Shown piece after piece: positions 34,096 to 45,366 of a DNA stretch of 64,000 nucleotides. The notes under the pieces were generated by a model. That model was not told the DNA's origin. It searched no databases and was given only the letters and a program-made list of their open reading frames with translations. Location of the stretch: NCBI GenBank assembly GCA_020628895.1, contig JAHDEM010000001.1, positions 28,868-92,867 on the forward strand, in the 5' to 3' direction. This DNA is from Candidatus Endobugula sp. (GTDB taxonomy: Bacteria > Pseudomonadota > Gammaproteobacteria > Pseudomonadales > Cellvibrionaceae). The first letter of the stretch is position 1; the number at the start of each line of letters is the position of its first letter. Made by a program: the position numbers and the translations under genes.

Positions 34096-35997
34096 ATGCT
34101 GCAAAGTATGAGAAGTAAAATTAAGGGAGTTGTTGCTTTTGTTTTAATCGGTTTACTGACTATTCCACTGGCATTAGTGGGTGTCGAAAACCTTTTTTAT
34201 AGCAATCACAATATAGGGGAAGCGGCATCTGTCGATGGCAAGATAATTAGCGAAAGAGAAGTTCAAATCGCTATTGGTAGGGAGAGGCAACGCCTACAAG
34301 CGCAATTGGGAGATAATATCCCAGGGGATTTTTTCTCTGATGAGCGATTACGTCAACCGGTAATTGATAGCCTAGTTCAGCGAGCATTAATCGCTAATAT
34401 TGCTGATACAGGCAATATGACGTTTACCGATGCCACCATTGATGAAACCATCGTCACTCTGCCGGATTTTCAGGTAGACGGGGTATTCGATCAACAGCGT
34501 TTTGTACAAGTTATCCGCAGTATCGGCCACACGCCAGCCTCATTTAGAGCATTGCTAAAAGAAGATATGCTAGTGAATCAAATGCAATCAGCATTGGTTA
34601 GCACCGATTTTATCACTAATAGCGAAGTTAATAATACGGTTGCTCTGTCTAGACAAACTCGTGATTTTTCCTGGGTCACCCTTCCTTTAGCTGGGTTACC
34701 GGAAACAATGACCGTTACTCAAGATGAAATCAGTGGTCATTATGAAGAGAATAAATCGTCATACTTGTCTCAAGAGCAGGTAGCGATTGAGTATATTGAC
34801 TTAAATGTTAGTGATATAGAAAAAAGTATTGATATAGGTGAAGATGAAATTCTCCAGCAATACGAACAAATAGTAAAAAACTATACCGATAGCACCGAGC
34901 GTGAAGCTGCTCATATTATGGTTGAGGGTGACGACGATACAGCTCAGCAGAAAATCACCACCATTCAGGAAAAACTGGCCGCAGGAGAGGACTTTGCAGC
35001 GCTAGCAAGTGAGTATTCAGACGATTTTGGTAGCCGAGATAACGGAGGTAACCTAGGGGTTAGTTCCGGCGATGGCTTTCCTGAGGCTTTTGAAGAGGCG
35101 CTATCTTTATTAGAAGAGGGACAGGTATCAGAGCCAACAGAAATCGATGGAGCTACCCATTTTATTAAGTTATTGGCTCTAACAGAGAAAACTGCCCCTA
35201 CGCTTGAAGAGCAAAGAACCGTTATTGAAGCGGAATTGAAACGCGCCAAAGCGGAAGAACAGTTTATCCAAGATAGCCAAGCATTAGAGGACTTATCTTA
35301 CAACGCGCAGAGCTTACAAGAAGTAGGGGATGAGCTAGGCTTGCCCGTCGGTAAAACAGGTTTATTTTCGCGTTTTAGTAGCGATATAGAGATCATTCGA
35401 GATAGTCGGGTGCTTAATGCGGCCTTTAGTGAGCAGGTAACGATCGAGGGACACAGTAGTGAGGTGTTAGCATTATCTGCGGATCGAAATGTTGTGGTTA
35501 AAATGGTCGAGCACAAACCTGTACGTACGCTCACTCTGGAAGAAAAGACCGGCGAGATTACCGAAGAGCTGAAGCTCGAAAAAGCAAAGGCACAATTAGC
35601 ACAGCAGGCGCAATCTATTCGTGAAGCACTCGATGCGGGTGATAGTATCGCCACAGTCAGTGAGCAACGCGAACTAACACTCTCTTCCCAGATAGCGGTT
35701 CAACGTAATGCGGCAAACGTTCCTAGAGAGCTGCTAGATGCCATATTTGCTTTATCAGTACCTAGTGAAAGTAATCCAGTTATCACAGATCTTCATTTGG
35801 ATAATGGTGATTATGTGTTGGCGAGCTTGAGCAAGGTTACCAATGGTAGTGTTGATGACTTAGAAGTGGTTGAGCGTAATAACTTACGAAATAGTTTATC
35901 ATCTGGTCTTGCTGGTGATGCATATAGAGCTTGGCAAGACGAGATCAGGAAATCGTCTGATATCGAAATCTATAGTTCAGAGTCTTCCCATTTATAA
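34096..35997 (+). CDS. ppiD: Periplasmic chaperone/PPIase PpiD
   Basis: N-terminal TM (MLQSMR...), SurA-like domain, parvulin AAHIMV...FAALASEYSDDFGS..GGNLG. Confidence 0.93.
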   Translation: MLQSMRSKIKGVVAFVLIGLLTIPLALVGVENLFYSNHNIGEAASVDGKIISEREVQIAIGRERQRLQAQLGDNIPGDFFSDERLRQPVIDSLVQRALIANIADTGNMTFTDATIDETIVTLPDFQVDGVFDQQRFVQVIRSIGHTPASFRALLKEDMLVNQMQSALVSTDFITNSEVNNTVALSRQTRDFSWVTLPLAGLPETMTVTQDEISGHYEENKSSYLSQEQVAIEYIDLNVSDIEKSIDIGEDEILQQYEQIVKNYTDSTEREAAHIMVEGDDDTAQQKITTIQEKLAAGEDFAALASEYSDDFGSRDNGGNLGVSSGDGFPEAFEEALSLLEEGQVSEPTEIDGATHFIKLLALTEKTAPTLEEQRTVIEAELKRAKAEEQFIQDSQALEDLSYNAQSLQEVGDELGLPVGKTGLFSRFSSDIEIIRDSRVLNAAFSEQVTIEGHSSEVLALSADRNVVVKMVEHKPVRTLTLEEKTGEITEELKLEKAKAQLAQQAQSIREALDAGDSIATVSEQRELTLSSQIAVQRNAANVPRELLDAIFALSVPSESNPVITDLHLDNGDYVLASLSKVTNGSVDDLEVVERNNLRNSLSSGLAGDAYRAWQDEIRKSSDIEIYSSESSHL

Positions 35998-36187
35998 TCA
36001 TTAAATCATTTCTTTACAGCAGTGCCTTTTCTTGGTGCTGCTGTTCAGATTGATGCTAGGCTTGTTTGTGTCACAGATACTTACCTCAACAGCAATAAGC
36101 TAGCACTAAAACCTCCAGATGACATATTTTTGTCGTTCCCTTCTTATGAAAAATTCATAACCTATTGATTTTTAAAGATAATTTTTT

Positions 36188-36203
36188 TGGCATTACCTTT
36201 GCT
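36188..36203 (+). promoter_or_regulatory. Sigma54 promoter of fleSR
   Basis: TGGCATTACCTTTGCT. Confidence 0.8.
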
Positions 36204-36281
36204 AACACTCTAGTAATTACTGAATAAGTGACGGAATTTTGCGCTACCCGTCATTGATAGTGAATAACTAGAGGCAAAATA

Positions 36282-37583
36282 ATGGCAGAAAATCATTTTC
36301 AAAGCAGTCGCCAAAGCAATGCTCATTCAGACGATATCATTCCATTGCTACTTGCAAATAATGAAATTTCGGAGGATGAAAATGGACTTCTCTATCCGTC
36401 GATAGATCATATTGAACCAGAGAGCCTCGCATCGGCATTTGACATTTTTAATCAGCTATCAGGCCAGTTAACTCAGTCTTATACGATGCTAGAAACCCGA
36501 GTGGCAGAGCTAACTGCTGAATTAAATTCTCTCGACAAACAGCGTATTAAAGAGCTCAAAGATAAAGAGCAAATGGCCAATAGGCTGGAAAGTCTTATTA
36601 ACTTCTTACCCGGTGGTGTTGTCGTTTTAGACCAGCGAGGCGTCATTGCCGATATAAATCCTGCAGCAGAGTCCATGCTAGAAAAATCCTTAAAAGGGCA
36701 GTTATGGAGGGAAGTCATTACCCGCTGTTTCTTCCCAAAAAGTGATGACGGTTACGAAGTGTCTAATCACCAAGGTAAAAGGATCAACATTGCTACTCGG
36801 TCTTTAGGTGAACACGGACAAATTATCCTTCTAACCGATCAAACTGAAACTCGTCGTTTGCAAGAAAAGGTTAGTAGGCATGAGCGTTTAACGGCACTAG
36901 GCAAGATGGTATCCACATTAGCTCACCAAGTGCGCACACCCTTATCATCAGCCATGTTATATGGTGGGCATCTATTAAATGAGCCACTTTCTTCTCATCA
37001 ACAGCATCTATTTACTAAAAAACTCGTTAATCGTTTACATGAAATGGAAAGACAAGTCAGTGATATGCTGCTTTTTGTTAAGCCTGATCTTACATTAAAT
37101 GACCTCTGTACAGTTTCAGACTTACATAAACAGCTGACCGAAGCCATGGAGATGCCGTTATCTCAGTACTCTATGGATTGTGAATGGTCAATAGAAAATG
37201 ATTCCTGTTCACTTCGTTGCCATAAAGATGCGCTAGTTGGGGCCATACTTAATTTAGTGAATAACAGCTTGCAAGCGATACCCGTGCAAAAACGATCACA
37301 AAAAGGATCCTTGTCTATAAATATTGCCATAGTGGAAGGTAATAAGTTGAGTATAACGGTTGCAGATCAAGGCACAGGGATTGATGAGAACAAAAAATCA
37401 GATGTCCTCGAATTATTTTACACAACTAAGTCTCAGGGCACAGGTATTGGCCTATCTGTTGTTAATTCTGTTGCCGTCTCTCATGGTGGTAGTTTTCGTT
37501 TATATGCTAATAGACCTAATGGGACTTGTGCGGAATTAGAACTACCGATAATTATAGAGCAAACTGATGAGATTACAGCTTAG
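36282..37583 (+). CDS. fleS: Flagellar sensor histidine kinase FleS/FlrB
   Basis: AFDIFNQLSGQL..SY..LE, PAS, LAHQVRTPL H-box, GTGIGL. Confidence 0.92.
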   Translation: MAENHFQSSRQSNAHSDDIIPLLLANNEISEDENGLLYPSIDHIEPESLASAFDIFNQLSGQLTQSYTMLETRVAELTAELNSLDKQRIKELKDKEQMANRLESLINFLPGGVVVLDQRGVIADINPAAESMLEKSLKGQLWREVITRCFFPKSDDGYEVSNHQGKRINIATRSLGEHGQIILLTDQTETRRLQEKVSRHERLTALGKMVSTLAHQVRTPLSSAMLYGGHLLNEPLSSHQQHLFTKKLVNRLHEMERQVSDMLLFVKPDLTLNDLCTVSDLHKQLTEAMEMPLSQYSMDCEWSIENDSCSLRCHKDALVGAILNLVNNSLQAIPVQKRSQKGSLSINIAIVEGNKLSITVADQGTGIDENKKSDVLELFYTTKSQGTGIGLSVVNSVAVSHGGSFRLYANRPNGTCAELELPIIIEQTDEITA

Positions 37584-37645
37584 CTTGTATTAATAAACCA
37601 CTTTTACACGTTAATTCTATAGATTTGATTTAAGAGAATGTATTT

Positions 37646-39154
37646 ATGTCTACATTATTATCAGATAAAAATAGTATTCAAACTCCTTTTAATTCCAACC
37701 AAAAGGCCATTAAAAAGGTGCTTGTCGTTGAAGATGATTATGCCTTGAGAGAAGCTCTAGAGGATACCTTATCTCTAGCAAAATATTTTGTTGTTACCGC
37801 CGAAAGTGCAGAGCAAGCAATCGATATTCTTGCTCGAGAAAATGATATTTTAATGGTAGTTTCTGATATTAATATGGGAGTGATGAGTGGTCATGATTTA
37901 CTAAACCATATTACGACTCATTATGCTCACCTACCAGTATTGTTGATGACGGCATATGGTAGTGTTAGAGATTCGGTGGATGCTATTCGTCATGGGGCCG
38001 TTGACTATCTTGTTAAACCTTTTGAGCCTAAAGAGTTGGTCGATATCTTACACCGCCAATTAGGTGGAGCCGTTGTTAACGACCACGATATTCCAATTGC
38101 TGTAGATGATTATAGTCAGCAATTATTACGCCTAAGTCAGCGGGTCGCACAATCTAATTCAACGGTTCTGATTATTGGTGAATCAGGAACGGGTAAAGAG
38201 GTCCTTGCTCGCTACATACATCAGCATTCTTCCCGCGCTGATCAACCTTTTATTGCTATCAATTGTGCAGCTATTCCAGAGAATATGTTAGAAGCCATGC
38301 TATTCGGTTATGAAAAGGGGGCTTATACCGGAGCGCATGCAAGTACTCCTGGCAAATTTGAGCAAGCCAATGGTGGTACTTTACTACTCGATGAAATATC
38401 AGAAATGGACATTGGATTACAAGCAAAGCTATTACGTGTTCTGCAAGAGCGTGAGGTGGAGCGTTTAGGTGGCAGAAAAACCATTAATTTGGATGTTCGT
38501 GTTATTGCCACTTCCAATAGAGATATGGCAAAAACGGTTGCTCAAGGAAAATTTCGTGAAGATTTATATTACCGCCTTAGTGTCTTGCCACTTGTATGGA
38601 AGCCCTTAAGAGAAAGAGTCGACGATATTTTACCCTTGGCACAATCATTGTTAAATAAACATGCAACAAAATTAAAGCGCAAGGGATTAACACTAAGCCA
38701 TTCCGCGCAGAGCGCCTTATTGCAACATCCATGGCCAGGTAATGTCAGAGAGCTTGATAATGTGATGCAAAGGGCACTTATTTTACAAAGCGGTAGCCTA
38801 ATTGATGAGAAAGATTTAGGGTTAGATATTTTAGGTCTATCCCAACAACTGAATACTTTATCCTACTCCAGCGAGGATATTTTACCGACTTCCTTAGAGA
38901 CGAATAGAAAAGATGATATATCTAATAGTGATTCTTTATTTTTGCCTGAATTGAATGATTCGCAAGTAACCTCAAGCAACCAAACATCTCAACAATTGGG
39001 TGATAATCTGCAACAAAAAGAGTTTGAAATTATTGTTCGTACACTACGTGAAGAAAATGGAAGTCGAAAAAATACTGCACAAAAACTAGGTATTAGTCCG
39101 CGTACACTGCGTTATAAGCTAGCAAAAATGAGGGATATGGGAATCGATTTCTAA
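37646..39154 (+). CDS. fleR: Sigma54-dependent response regulator FleR/FlrC
   Basis: Receiver domain, GESGTGKE, GAYTGA, LGISPRTLRYKLA. Confidence 0.93.
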   Translation: MSTLLSDKNSIQTPFNSNQKAIKKVLVVEDDYALREALEDTLSLAKYFVVTAESAEQAIDILARENDILMVVSDINMGVMSGHDLLNHITTHYAHLPVLLMTAYGSVRDSVDAIRHGAVDYLVKPFEPKELVDILHRQLGGAVVNDHDIPIAVDDYSQQLLRLSQRVAQSNSTVLIIGESGTGKEVLARYIHQHSSRADQPFIAINCAAIPENMLEAMLFGYEKGAYTGAHASTPGKFEQANGGTLLLDEISEMDIGLQAKLLRVLQEREVERLGGRKTINLDVRVIATSNRDMAKTVAQGKFREDLYYRLSVLPLVWKPLRERVDDILPLAQSLLNKHATKLKRKGLTLSHSAQSALLQHPWPGNVRELDNVMQRALILQSGSLIDEKDLGLDILGLSQQLNTLSYSSEDILPTSLETNRKDDISNSDSLFLPELNDSQVTSSNQTSQQLGDNLQQKEFEIIVRTLREENGSRKNTAQKLGISPRTLRYKLAKMRDMGIDF

Positions 39155-39267
39155 CAAAAAATTATTAATAAAAATAGTTTTATCTTATTATGGAATATAT
39201 GACAAAATGATGAAAAAAGGCTATGAAATTATAAAAAATAAAGATTTTAATACGATTAAATAAATAC

Positions 39268-39296
39268 TTGACTCGCCTTTTATGAAGGAGTAAATT
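39268..39296 (+). promoter_or_regulatory. Candidate sigma70 promoter of the small ORF
   Basis: TTGACT-17-TAAATT. Confidence 0.45.
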
Positions 39297-39437
39297 TCAA
39301 AAAAGTGGTTATTAGTTTTCAATACGTAGTAATAATTATGCAAAGTAAGATTATATAGATTACCTTTGGTCATCCATATAAGTCTACAAAGCGTAGTTTA
39401 TATTTAAGATTAATATAAAGGCGATTAGGAGATATCT

Positions 39438-39626
39438 ATGAACGATAATACATCCTCTTTGAACCCTATTTTTGATGAAATTAATGATGATAGCATTACC
39501 GATTCTAGTACAGCAGAATCACCTGAAGTTAGCGTGTTATCTATCGATTCTAGACGTCGCTTAGAAGATAAGTTAGAGCAGCGATATCTAGAAAAAGATA
39601 TTCGAGAGTTTGATTTTGATCTGTAA
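39438..39626 (+). CDS. Small acidic protein (resembles PA3496-like small proteins)
   Basis: AGGAGA RBS, occupies an otherwise empty gap, C-terminal RRRLEDKLEQRYLEKDIREFDFDL, downstream hairpin. Confidence 0.7.
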   Translation: MNDNTSSLNPIFDEINDDSITDSSTAESPEVSVLSIDSRRRLEDKLEQRYLEKDIREFDFDL

Positions 39627-39768
39627 GCTTGCAGATACTCAATAATTTTCTTACCTATTTTTTATTGCTAACCATAGATCTCAATCTGTGGTTAGATATT
39701 GACTAAATCGTCTTGGTCAATCTTACCCTTCGTTTCTATTCTCTATCTCCCTTAAAAAATAAATAAAT

Positions 39769-39784
39769 TGGCCTAGTTTATGCT
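39769..39784 (+). promoter_or_regulatory. Sigma54 promoter of fliE-J
   Basis: TGGCCTAGTTTATGCT; downstream GTCACTCGAATGAC (39873-39886) resembles a FleQ box. Confidence 0.7.
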
Positions 39785-39905
39785 TCGTCTATAACTAAAC
39801 GGTTCTAGAAGCCAAAATATTGTCAGAACCTGTTTGTACTTATCAACAGCGTTACCTGATTGTCAGCAATTAGTCACTCGAATGACATTATTAGGAGGGG
39901 AAACA

Positions 39906-40277
39906 ATGATCTCTAATAGAATGGACATAAACAATGTTCTTGCCGAAATGCGTGCAATTAAAGCACAGACATCATTCCCTCAACCAGCTTCTGTTGATCA
40001 AGTTCCTGATCGCCAAGTAAAGCTCAATAATTCTGTTAATGAGACTCAGGAAACCTCCAGTTTTGGACAGCTAATGAGTCAAGCAATTGACAATGTAAAT
40101 GACCTTCAATCTTCATCAAAAAAAATGGCGACAGCCTATGAAATGGGGCAAAGTGGTGTTGATATTACCGATGTAATGATTGCCTCACAAAAAGCTAGCG
40201 TCTCCTTCCAAGCCATGGTGCAAGTGAGAAATAAACTCGTGGATGCTTATAAAGATGTAATGAATATGCCTGTATAA
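39906..40277 (+). CDS. fliE: Flagellar hook-basal body protein FliE
   Basis: [35 protein letters not shown]; AGGAGG RBS before 39906. Confidence 0.96.
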   Translation: MISNRMDINNVLAEMRAIKAQTSFPQPASVDQVPDRQVKLNNSVNETQETSSFGQLMSQAIDNVNDLQSSSKKMATAYEMGQSGVDITDVMIASQKASVSFQAMVQVRNKLVDAYKDVMNMPV

Positions 40278-40317
40278 CGTGACTATAAGAGAACAAAAAC
40301 AATAGCTAGGAAGAATA

Positions 40318-42015
40318 ATGGCAGACGAACAGACAGTTGATGATGGTAATGGTGTAGGCAAAGATCGCTCTACCAGTAATTTAGTCGAAGGTTTTAATAA
40401 TTTAAATCTATTACGACAAATCGGATTAATGGTCGCACTCGCTGCGAGTGTTGCCATTGGTTTTGCCTCAGTATTATGGACCCAGTCTGAAGATTATCGC
40501 CCTTTATACAGTAGTTTACACAATATTGATTCTTCAGAAGTCATTGAAATACTCGAGCAAAATGCCATTAACTTTAAAGTGGATACCAAAACAGGCGCTC
40601 TACTAGTTACAGCTGAGGATATACATAATGCACGGCTCAAGTTAGCAGAACTTGGGTTGCCCAGCTCAGGTTCTGTGGGTTTTGAATTACTGGATCAAGA
40701 ACAACCTCTGGGTACTAGCCAATTTATGGAAACCACCCGCTATCGCCGGGGCCTAGAGGGAGAGCTGGCTCGCACAATTACAAGCATGAATGCTGTGCGT
40801 TCAGCACGTGTTCACCTTGCTATACCTAAACGCTCTGTATTTGTTCGTGATGCGAGAGAACCTCGAGCTTCTGTGTTTGTAGAATTATATCCGGGCCGTT
40901 CTGTGAACAATCAACAAGTTAACGCAATGACTAATCTTATTGCCTCAAGTATCCCGGAATTATCACTGAAAAATGTGACCATCGTTGATCAAAAAGGAAA
41001 TTTGTTATCCAAAGGTGAAGAGGACCCTAAGTTAGTTAAAGCCGCTCAAGAGCTGGAATATACACGGGAAGTAGAAAAGAAGATTATCAATCGTATACAG
41101 GCATTATTGGACCCTATCATCGGTAGTAACCGATTTAGAGCAGAGGTTGCAGCAGAGGTCGATTTTAATCAGGTCGAACAAACTGAAGAAATGTTTAACC
41201 CCGACTTACCGGCAGTGCGTAGTGAGCAAAAAGTCGATGAGCAACGTATTGGTGGTGGTTTTGCTGGTATCCCAGGTGCATTGACTAATCAACCTCCAGG
41301 TAATGGGCAAGCACCAGAGGTGGCAAACGGTAACGGGGAGGGTGGTCAACCTGCGCAGCCATCAAACTCTCGTTCTCAATCAACACGTAATTTTGAATTA
41401 GATCGAACACTGAGTTATACCAAGCATCAGGTGGGAAAAGTACGTCGAGTATCTGTTGGGGTCGTTGTTGATGATAAGTTAATTACAGATCCTGCAACAG
41501 GGGAAACGCGTTATGAAACTTGGTCTGAAAACGAATTAGAGCGTTTATCTATCTTAGTGAGGGATGCTGTCGGTTTTTCGGCTGCTCGTGGCGATAGTGT
41601 GAATATTATCAATAGCCCTTTTATTGATGATGGCTTATCAGCCTCAGATATAGAAGAACCTGCTTTTTGGCAACAAGACTGGTTTGTATCCCTTATCAAG
41701 CCGCTAGTTGGTCTACTCATCATTATGGTAATGGTATTAGGTTTGTTAAGACCGATATTAAAAACCCTCGCCCGTACGGGCGCTGAAACCAGAGATGATG
41801 AAGAAGCTCAGCAATTAGCCGCCTTAGAGGCCGCTGGTTTAGGCTCTTTTGATGAGTTATCGGATGAGGCTGTAACACTCACAGGCGGATCGGCTATTGC
41901 CTTACCTGGACCAGAAGAGAGTTATGAGCAAATGCTCAATACAGTGAAAGGGCTTATTGCCGAAGATCCCGGTAGGGTTTCCCAAGTGATTAAACGATGG
42001 ATAAATGAAGAATGA
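40318..42015 (+). CDS. fliF: MS-ring protein FliF
   Basis: GFELLD, LEGELARTI, ARVHLAIP, RGDSV. Confidence 0.97.
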   Translation: MADEQTVDDGNGVGKDRSTSNLVEGFNNLNLLRQIGLMVALAASVAIGFASVLWTQSEDYRPLYSSLHNIDSSEVIEILEQNAINFKVDTKTGALLVTAEDIHNARLKLAELGLPSSGSVGFELLDQEQPLGTSQFMETTRYRRGLEGELARTITSMNAVRSARVHLAIPKRSVFVRDAREPRASVFVELYPGRSVNNQQVNAMTNLIASSIPELSLKNVTIVDQKGNLLSKGEEDPKLVKAAQELEYTREVEKKIINRIQALLDPIIGSNRFRAEVAAEVDFNQVEQTEEMFNPDLPAVRSEQKVDEQRIGGGFAGIPGALTNQPPGNGQAPEVANGNGEGGQPAQPSNSRSQSTRNFELDRTLSYTKHQVGKVRRVSVGVVVDDKLITDPATGETRYETWSENELERLSILVRDAVGFSAARGDSVNIINSPFIDDGLSASDIEEPAFWQQDWFVSLIKPLVGLLIIMVMVLGLLRPILKTLARTGAETRDDEEAQQLAALEAAGLGSFDELSDEAVTLTGGSAIALPGPEESYEQMLNTVKGLIAEDPGRVSQVIKRWINEE

Positions 42016-43040
42016 GTGAAGCAGACGGTTCTCAAAATACGGAATTATCAATCTCGACCCTCGATCAGGCCGCTATATTACTCATGTCCTTAGGTGAATC
42101 CGATGCGGCAGAAGTATTAAAACATATGGGGCCAAAAGAAGTACAACGAGTAGGTTCTGCCATGAGTCAATTGGCTAATATTGAGCAGGATCAGGTTCAT
42201 TCAGTATTGGCTAATTTTATGGACCAAGTTAGGCACTTAACGGGATTAGGTGTTGGTGCTGATAACTATATACGCAGTATGTTGGTGTCGGCTTTAGGGG
42301 AAGATAAAGCGAACGGCTTAGTCGATAGAATTTTGCTAGGTGGCAATACCAGTGGTTTAGACACATTAAAATGGATGGAAGCTCGCTCCATTGCAGATAT
42401 TGTCAGAAACGAGCACCCGCAAATTCAAGCCATTGTCTTAGCCTACCTTGATCCAGATCAGTCAGCAGAGGTGTTAGGCTTTTTTCCGGACGCAGTACGT
42501 CTAGATATTATGATGCGAATTTCCTCTTTGGATACTGTTCAACCCAGTGCCTTACAAGAGCTCAATGACATATTAGAAAAACAATTCTCTGGTAATGCGG
42601 GATCGCAAACAACCACTATGGGCGGTTATAAGTGTGCTGCAGAAATTATGAATAACTTGGATAGTTCAATTGAAGGAGAATTGATGGAAGCGATTAAAGA
42701 AGTGGATGAAGACTTGGGTAATCAAATTCAAGACCTTATGTTTGTCTTTGATAACTTACGCGATGTTGATGATCGTGGTATCCAAGCGCTATTGCGTGAG
42801 GTGTCATCTGACCTATTAATCATTGCACTTAAAGGTGCAGATAATGATCTACAAGAGAAAATCTTCTCTAATATGTCTAAACGGGCAGCCGAGCTATTAC
42901 GTGATGATCTTGAAGCGAAAGGCCCCGTTAAACTCTCAGAAGTCGAAGCGTCTCAAAAAGAAATACTCGTTATTGCAAGACGTATGGCGGATGCTGGTGA
43001 AATCATGCTGGGTGGAGGCGGCGGAGAGCAGATGTTATAA
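42012..43040 (+). CDS. fliG: Motor switch protein FliG
   Basis: AAILLMSLGE, EHPQ, MFVFDNL, NMSKRAA. Confidence 0.98.
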   Translation: MSEADGSQNTELSISTLDQAAILLMSLGESDAAEVLKHMGPKEVQRVGSAMSQLANIEQDQVHSVLANFMDQVRHLTGLGVGADNYIRSMLVSALGEDKANGLVDRILLGGNTSGLDTLKWMEARSIADIVRNEHPQIQAIVLAYLDPDQSAEVLGFFPDAVRLDIMMRISSLDTVQPSALQELNDILEKQFSGNAGSQTTTMGGYKCAAEIMNNLDSSIEGELMEAIKEVDEDLGNQIQDLMFVFDNLRDVDDRGIQALLREVSSDLLIIALKGADNDLQEKIFSNMSKRAAELLRDDLEAKGPVKLSEVEASQKEILVIARRMADAGEIMLGGGGGEQML

Positions 43041-43097
43041 GCAATGAATACAGAATAACCATCATTGATAAGAATTGATCGATATTAAGTAGGCAAT

Positions 43098-43958
43098 ATG
43101 AGTGAACTGTTAAAACGTGTACCTGCAGAAAAATTAGACACATGTGATAACTGGTCTCTGCCTGATATTACGTCAAAAAAAACGATTGCAGCTATTAAGA
43201 AAAAACCTGCTCGTCGCCAAAAAAGTTCACCAAAAGCTAGTAATAACAACACCAATCAATCAAATAATGTAGTTGACGATACGTTAGAAATCACAGAGAC
43301 AATAGAAGATGTTGTTGATGAAGCGAATGATGTAGAGCCAATAACCGCTGAAAAATTACAAAAAATTACTGATGAAGCTCATAAAGAAGGTTACGAATCT
43401 GGATATTCTGAAGGTTTAGAGAAGGCACAAAAAGAAGGCTACGAAGCTGGTATTACAGAAGCGAAAAATGAAGTAAAAGAAAAGACGCAGCGTCTTAGTA
43501 CGATCGCTGATGAGTTACTAAATGCATTAGAAAATGAGCAACAAGATATTGAAAAACAAATTATTGATATGGTTTGTTCGCTGACAAAAGCAGTCATCAA
43601 AAGAGAACTTCAAACCGACTCATCAAGTATTATAGGCCTTGTCCAGCAAGCATTTGGGTTACTTAATACCAATTCATCTCGCATTAAACTGTACTTACAT
43701 TCACAAGATAAAGCGCTTATTGAATCACATATGGAAGGCGATGATATTAATATTCATTATGAAGTTGATGATGAGCTCTTACCCGGTGGTTGTCGTATAG
43801 AAACGGATAAAGCCACGATAGATGCCAGCATTGAAAAACAAATGTATCAAGTGCTGGATGACTTCCTACATAAACGTCATTCATTAGAAAACAGTACCAA
43901 CGAAGAGCACCCATTACCTACAAATTCAGAAGAAACAGATGATGTGTCTGATGAATAA
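43098..43958 (+). CDS. fliH: Flagellar assembly protein FliH
   Basis: WSLPD, GxxxG repeats (EGYESGYSEG), GGCRIET. Confidence 0.92.
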   Translation: MSELLKRVPAEKLDTCDNWSLPDITSKKTIAAIKKKPARRQKSSPKASNNNTNQSNNVVDDTLEITETIEDVVDEANDVEPITAEKLQKITDEAHKEGYESGYSEGLEKAQKEGYEAGITEAKNEVKEKTQRLSTIADELLNALENEQQDIEKQIIDMVCSLTKAVIKRELQTDSSSIIGLVQQAFGLLNTNSSRIKLYLHSQDKALIESHMEGDDINIHYEVDDELLPGGCRIETDKATIDASIEKQMYQVLDDFLHKRHSLENSTNEEHPLPTNSEETDDVSDE

Positions 43959-43992
43959 TCATTATCATCTAAATCGGTGAGGGATAAAAAAT

Positions 43993-45366
43993 ATGGCTTT
44001 ATCAAATCGACTATCTCTAGCCGATCGCTTGCAATCTTATGATGCCACTAAGATTGAAAATATCGTTGAACCCACGATCGAGGGTCGGCTAACGCGTGTT
44101 GTAGGTTTAACGATGGAAGCTGTTGGTTTTAGTGCAGCTATAGGTTGCCCCTGTTATGTTATTGCTGACGATGGGCAAACAATCGATGCAGAAGTCGTTG
44201 GTTTTTCTGGTGAAATATTATATTTGATGCCTGTAAAATCCATTCAAGGTGTACGCTCTGGCGCCCGTGTTATTCCACAGCTTAACAAACACAAGGCTAT
44301 TGCGCATGAACATTTACTTGGAAGAGTCATCGACGGTTTAGGTAACCCCATCGATCACTTAGGAAAGCTTCCACTAAGTGATCAAAGCTCGGATGAGGAT
44401 GTTCATCACTCAAGAATTAACCCGCTAGATCGTGCAGCCATTAAGCATCCATTAGATGTAGGTATCAGAGCTATTAACGCACTTATTCCTGTAGGCAAAG
44501 GCCAACGTTTAGGGTTATTTGCCGGTAGTGGAGTGGGTAAAAGTGTGTTGTTGGGAATGATGACACGGTTCACTACAGCAGATATTGTCGTTGTGGGTTT
44601 AATTGGAGAGCGCGGTCGAGAGGTGAAGGAATTTATTGAACACAGCCTTGGTGAGGAGGGGCTTAAACGTTCTATCGTTATTGCTTCTCCTGCTGATGAA
44701 AGCCCGCTTATGCGTTTAAGAGCTTCACAATTATGCAGTCAGATTGCAGAGTATTATCGCGATCAAGGTAAAGATGTTTTATTGTTAATGGATTCCTTAA
44801 CTCGTTACGCTCAGGCGCAGCGTGAAATTGCATTGGCCATTGGTGAGCCTCCAGCAACAAAAGGTTATCCACCATCGGTATTTGCTAAATTGCCCCAACT
44901 CGTCGAACGTGCAGGTAATGGCAAAGAGGGTAGTGGATCGATTACCGCCTTTTATACAGTATTAACAGAAGGGGATGATCTACAAGATCCTATTGCTGAT
45001 TCTGCAAGAGCAATACTTGATGGACATATTGTTTTATCACGTACACTTGCAGAAAGTGGTATTTATCCCGCCATCGACATCGAAATGTCTATCAGCCGGG
45101 TCATGACGTCTATTAGCGAACCTTCACATGTTAAGAAATTACAACGATTCAAGCAATTATTGGCGGCATATTATAAAAATAGAGACTTGATTAATATTGG
45201 GGCTTATGTGAAAGGTAGCGATCCCGAAATTGATCTTGCGCTTGAATACTTTCCTAAATTACAGCAATTTATTCAGCAGGGTATAGAGGAACCCGTTGTC
45301 TATGAGGACAGCTTAACACAACTCACGCAATTACTTGATGTTGCTATGGCACAAAGTGGACAGTAA
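43993..45366 (+). CDS. fliI: Flagellar export ATPase FliI
   Basis: [31 protein letters not shown]. Confidence 0.97.
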   Translation: MALSNRLSLADRLQSYDATKIENIVEPTIEGRLTRVVGLTMEAVGFSAAIGCPCYVIADDGQTIDAEVVGFSGEILYLMPVKSIQGVRSGARVIPQLNKHKAIAHEHLLGRVIDGLGNPIDHLGKLPLSDQSSDEDVHHSRINPLDRAAIKHPLDVGIRAINALIPVGKGQRLGLFAGSGVGKSVLLGMMTRFTTADIVVVGLIGERGREVKEFIEHSLGEEGLKRSIVIASPADESPLMRLRASQLCSQIAEYYRDQGKDVLLLMDSLTRYAQAQREIALAIGEPPATKGYPPSVFAKLPQLVERAGNGKEGSGSITAFYTVLTEGDDLQDPIADSARAILDGHIVLSRTLAESGIYPAIDIEMSISRVMTSISEPSHVKKLQRFKQLLAAYYKNRDLINIGAYVKGSDPEIDLALEYFPKLQQFIQQGIEEPVVYEDSLTQLTQLLDVAMAQSGQ

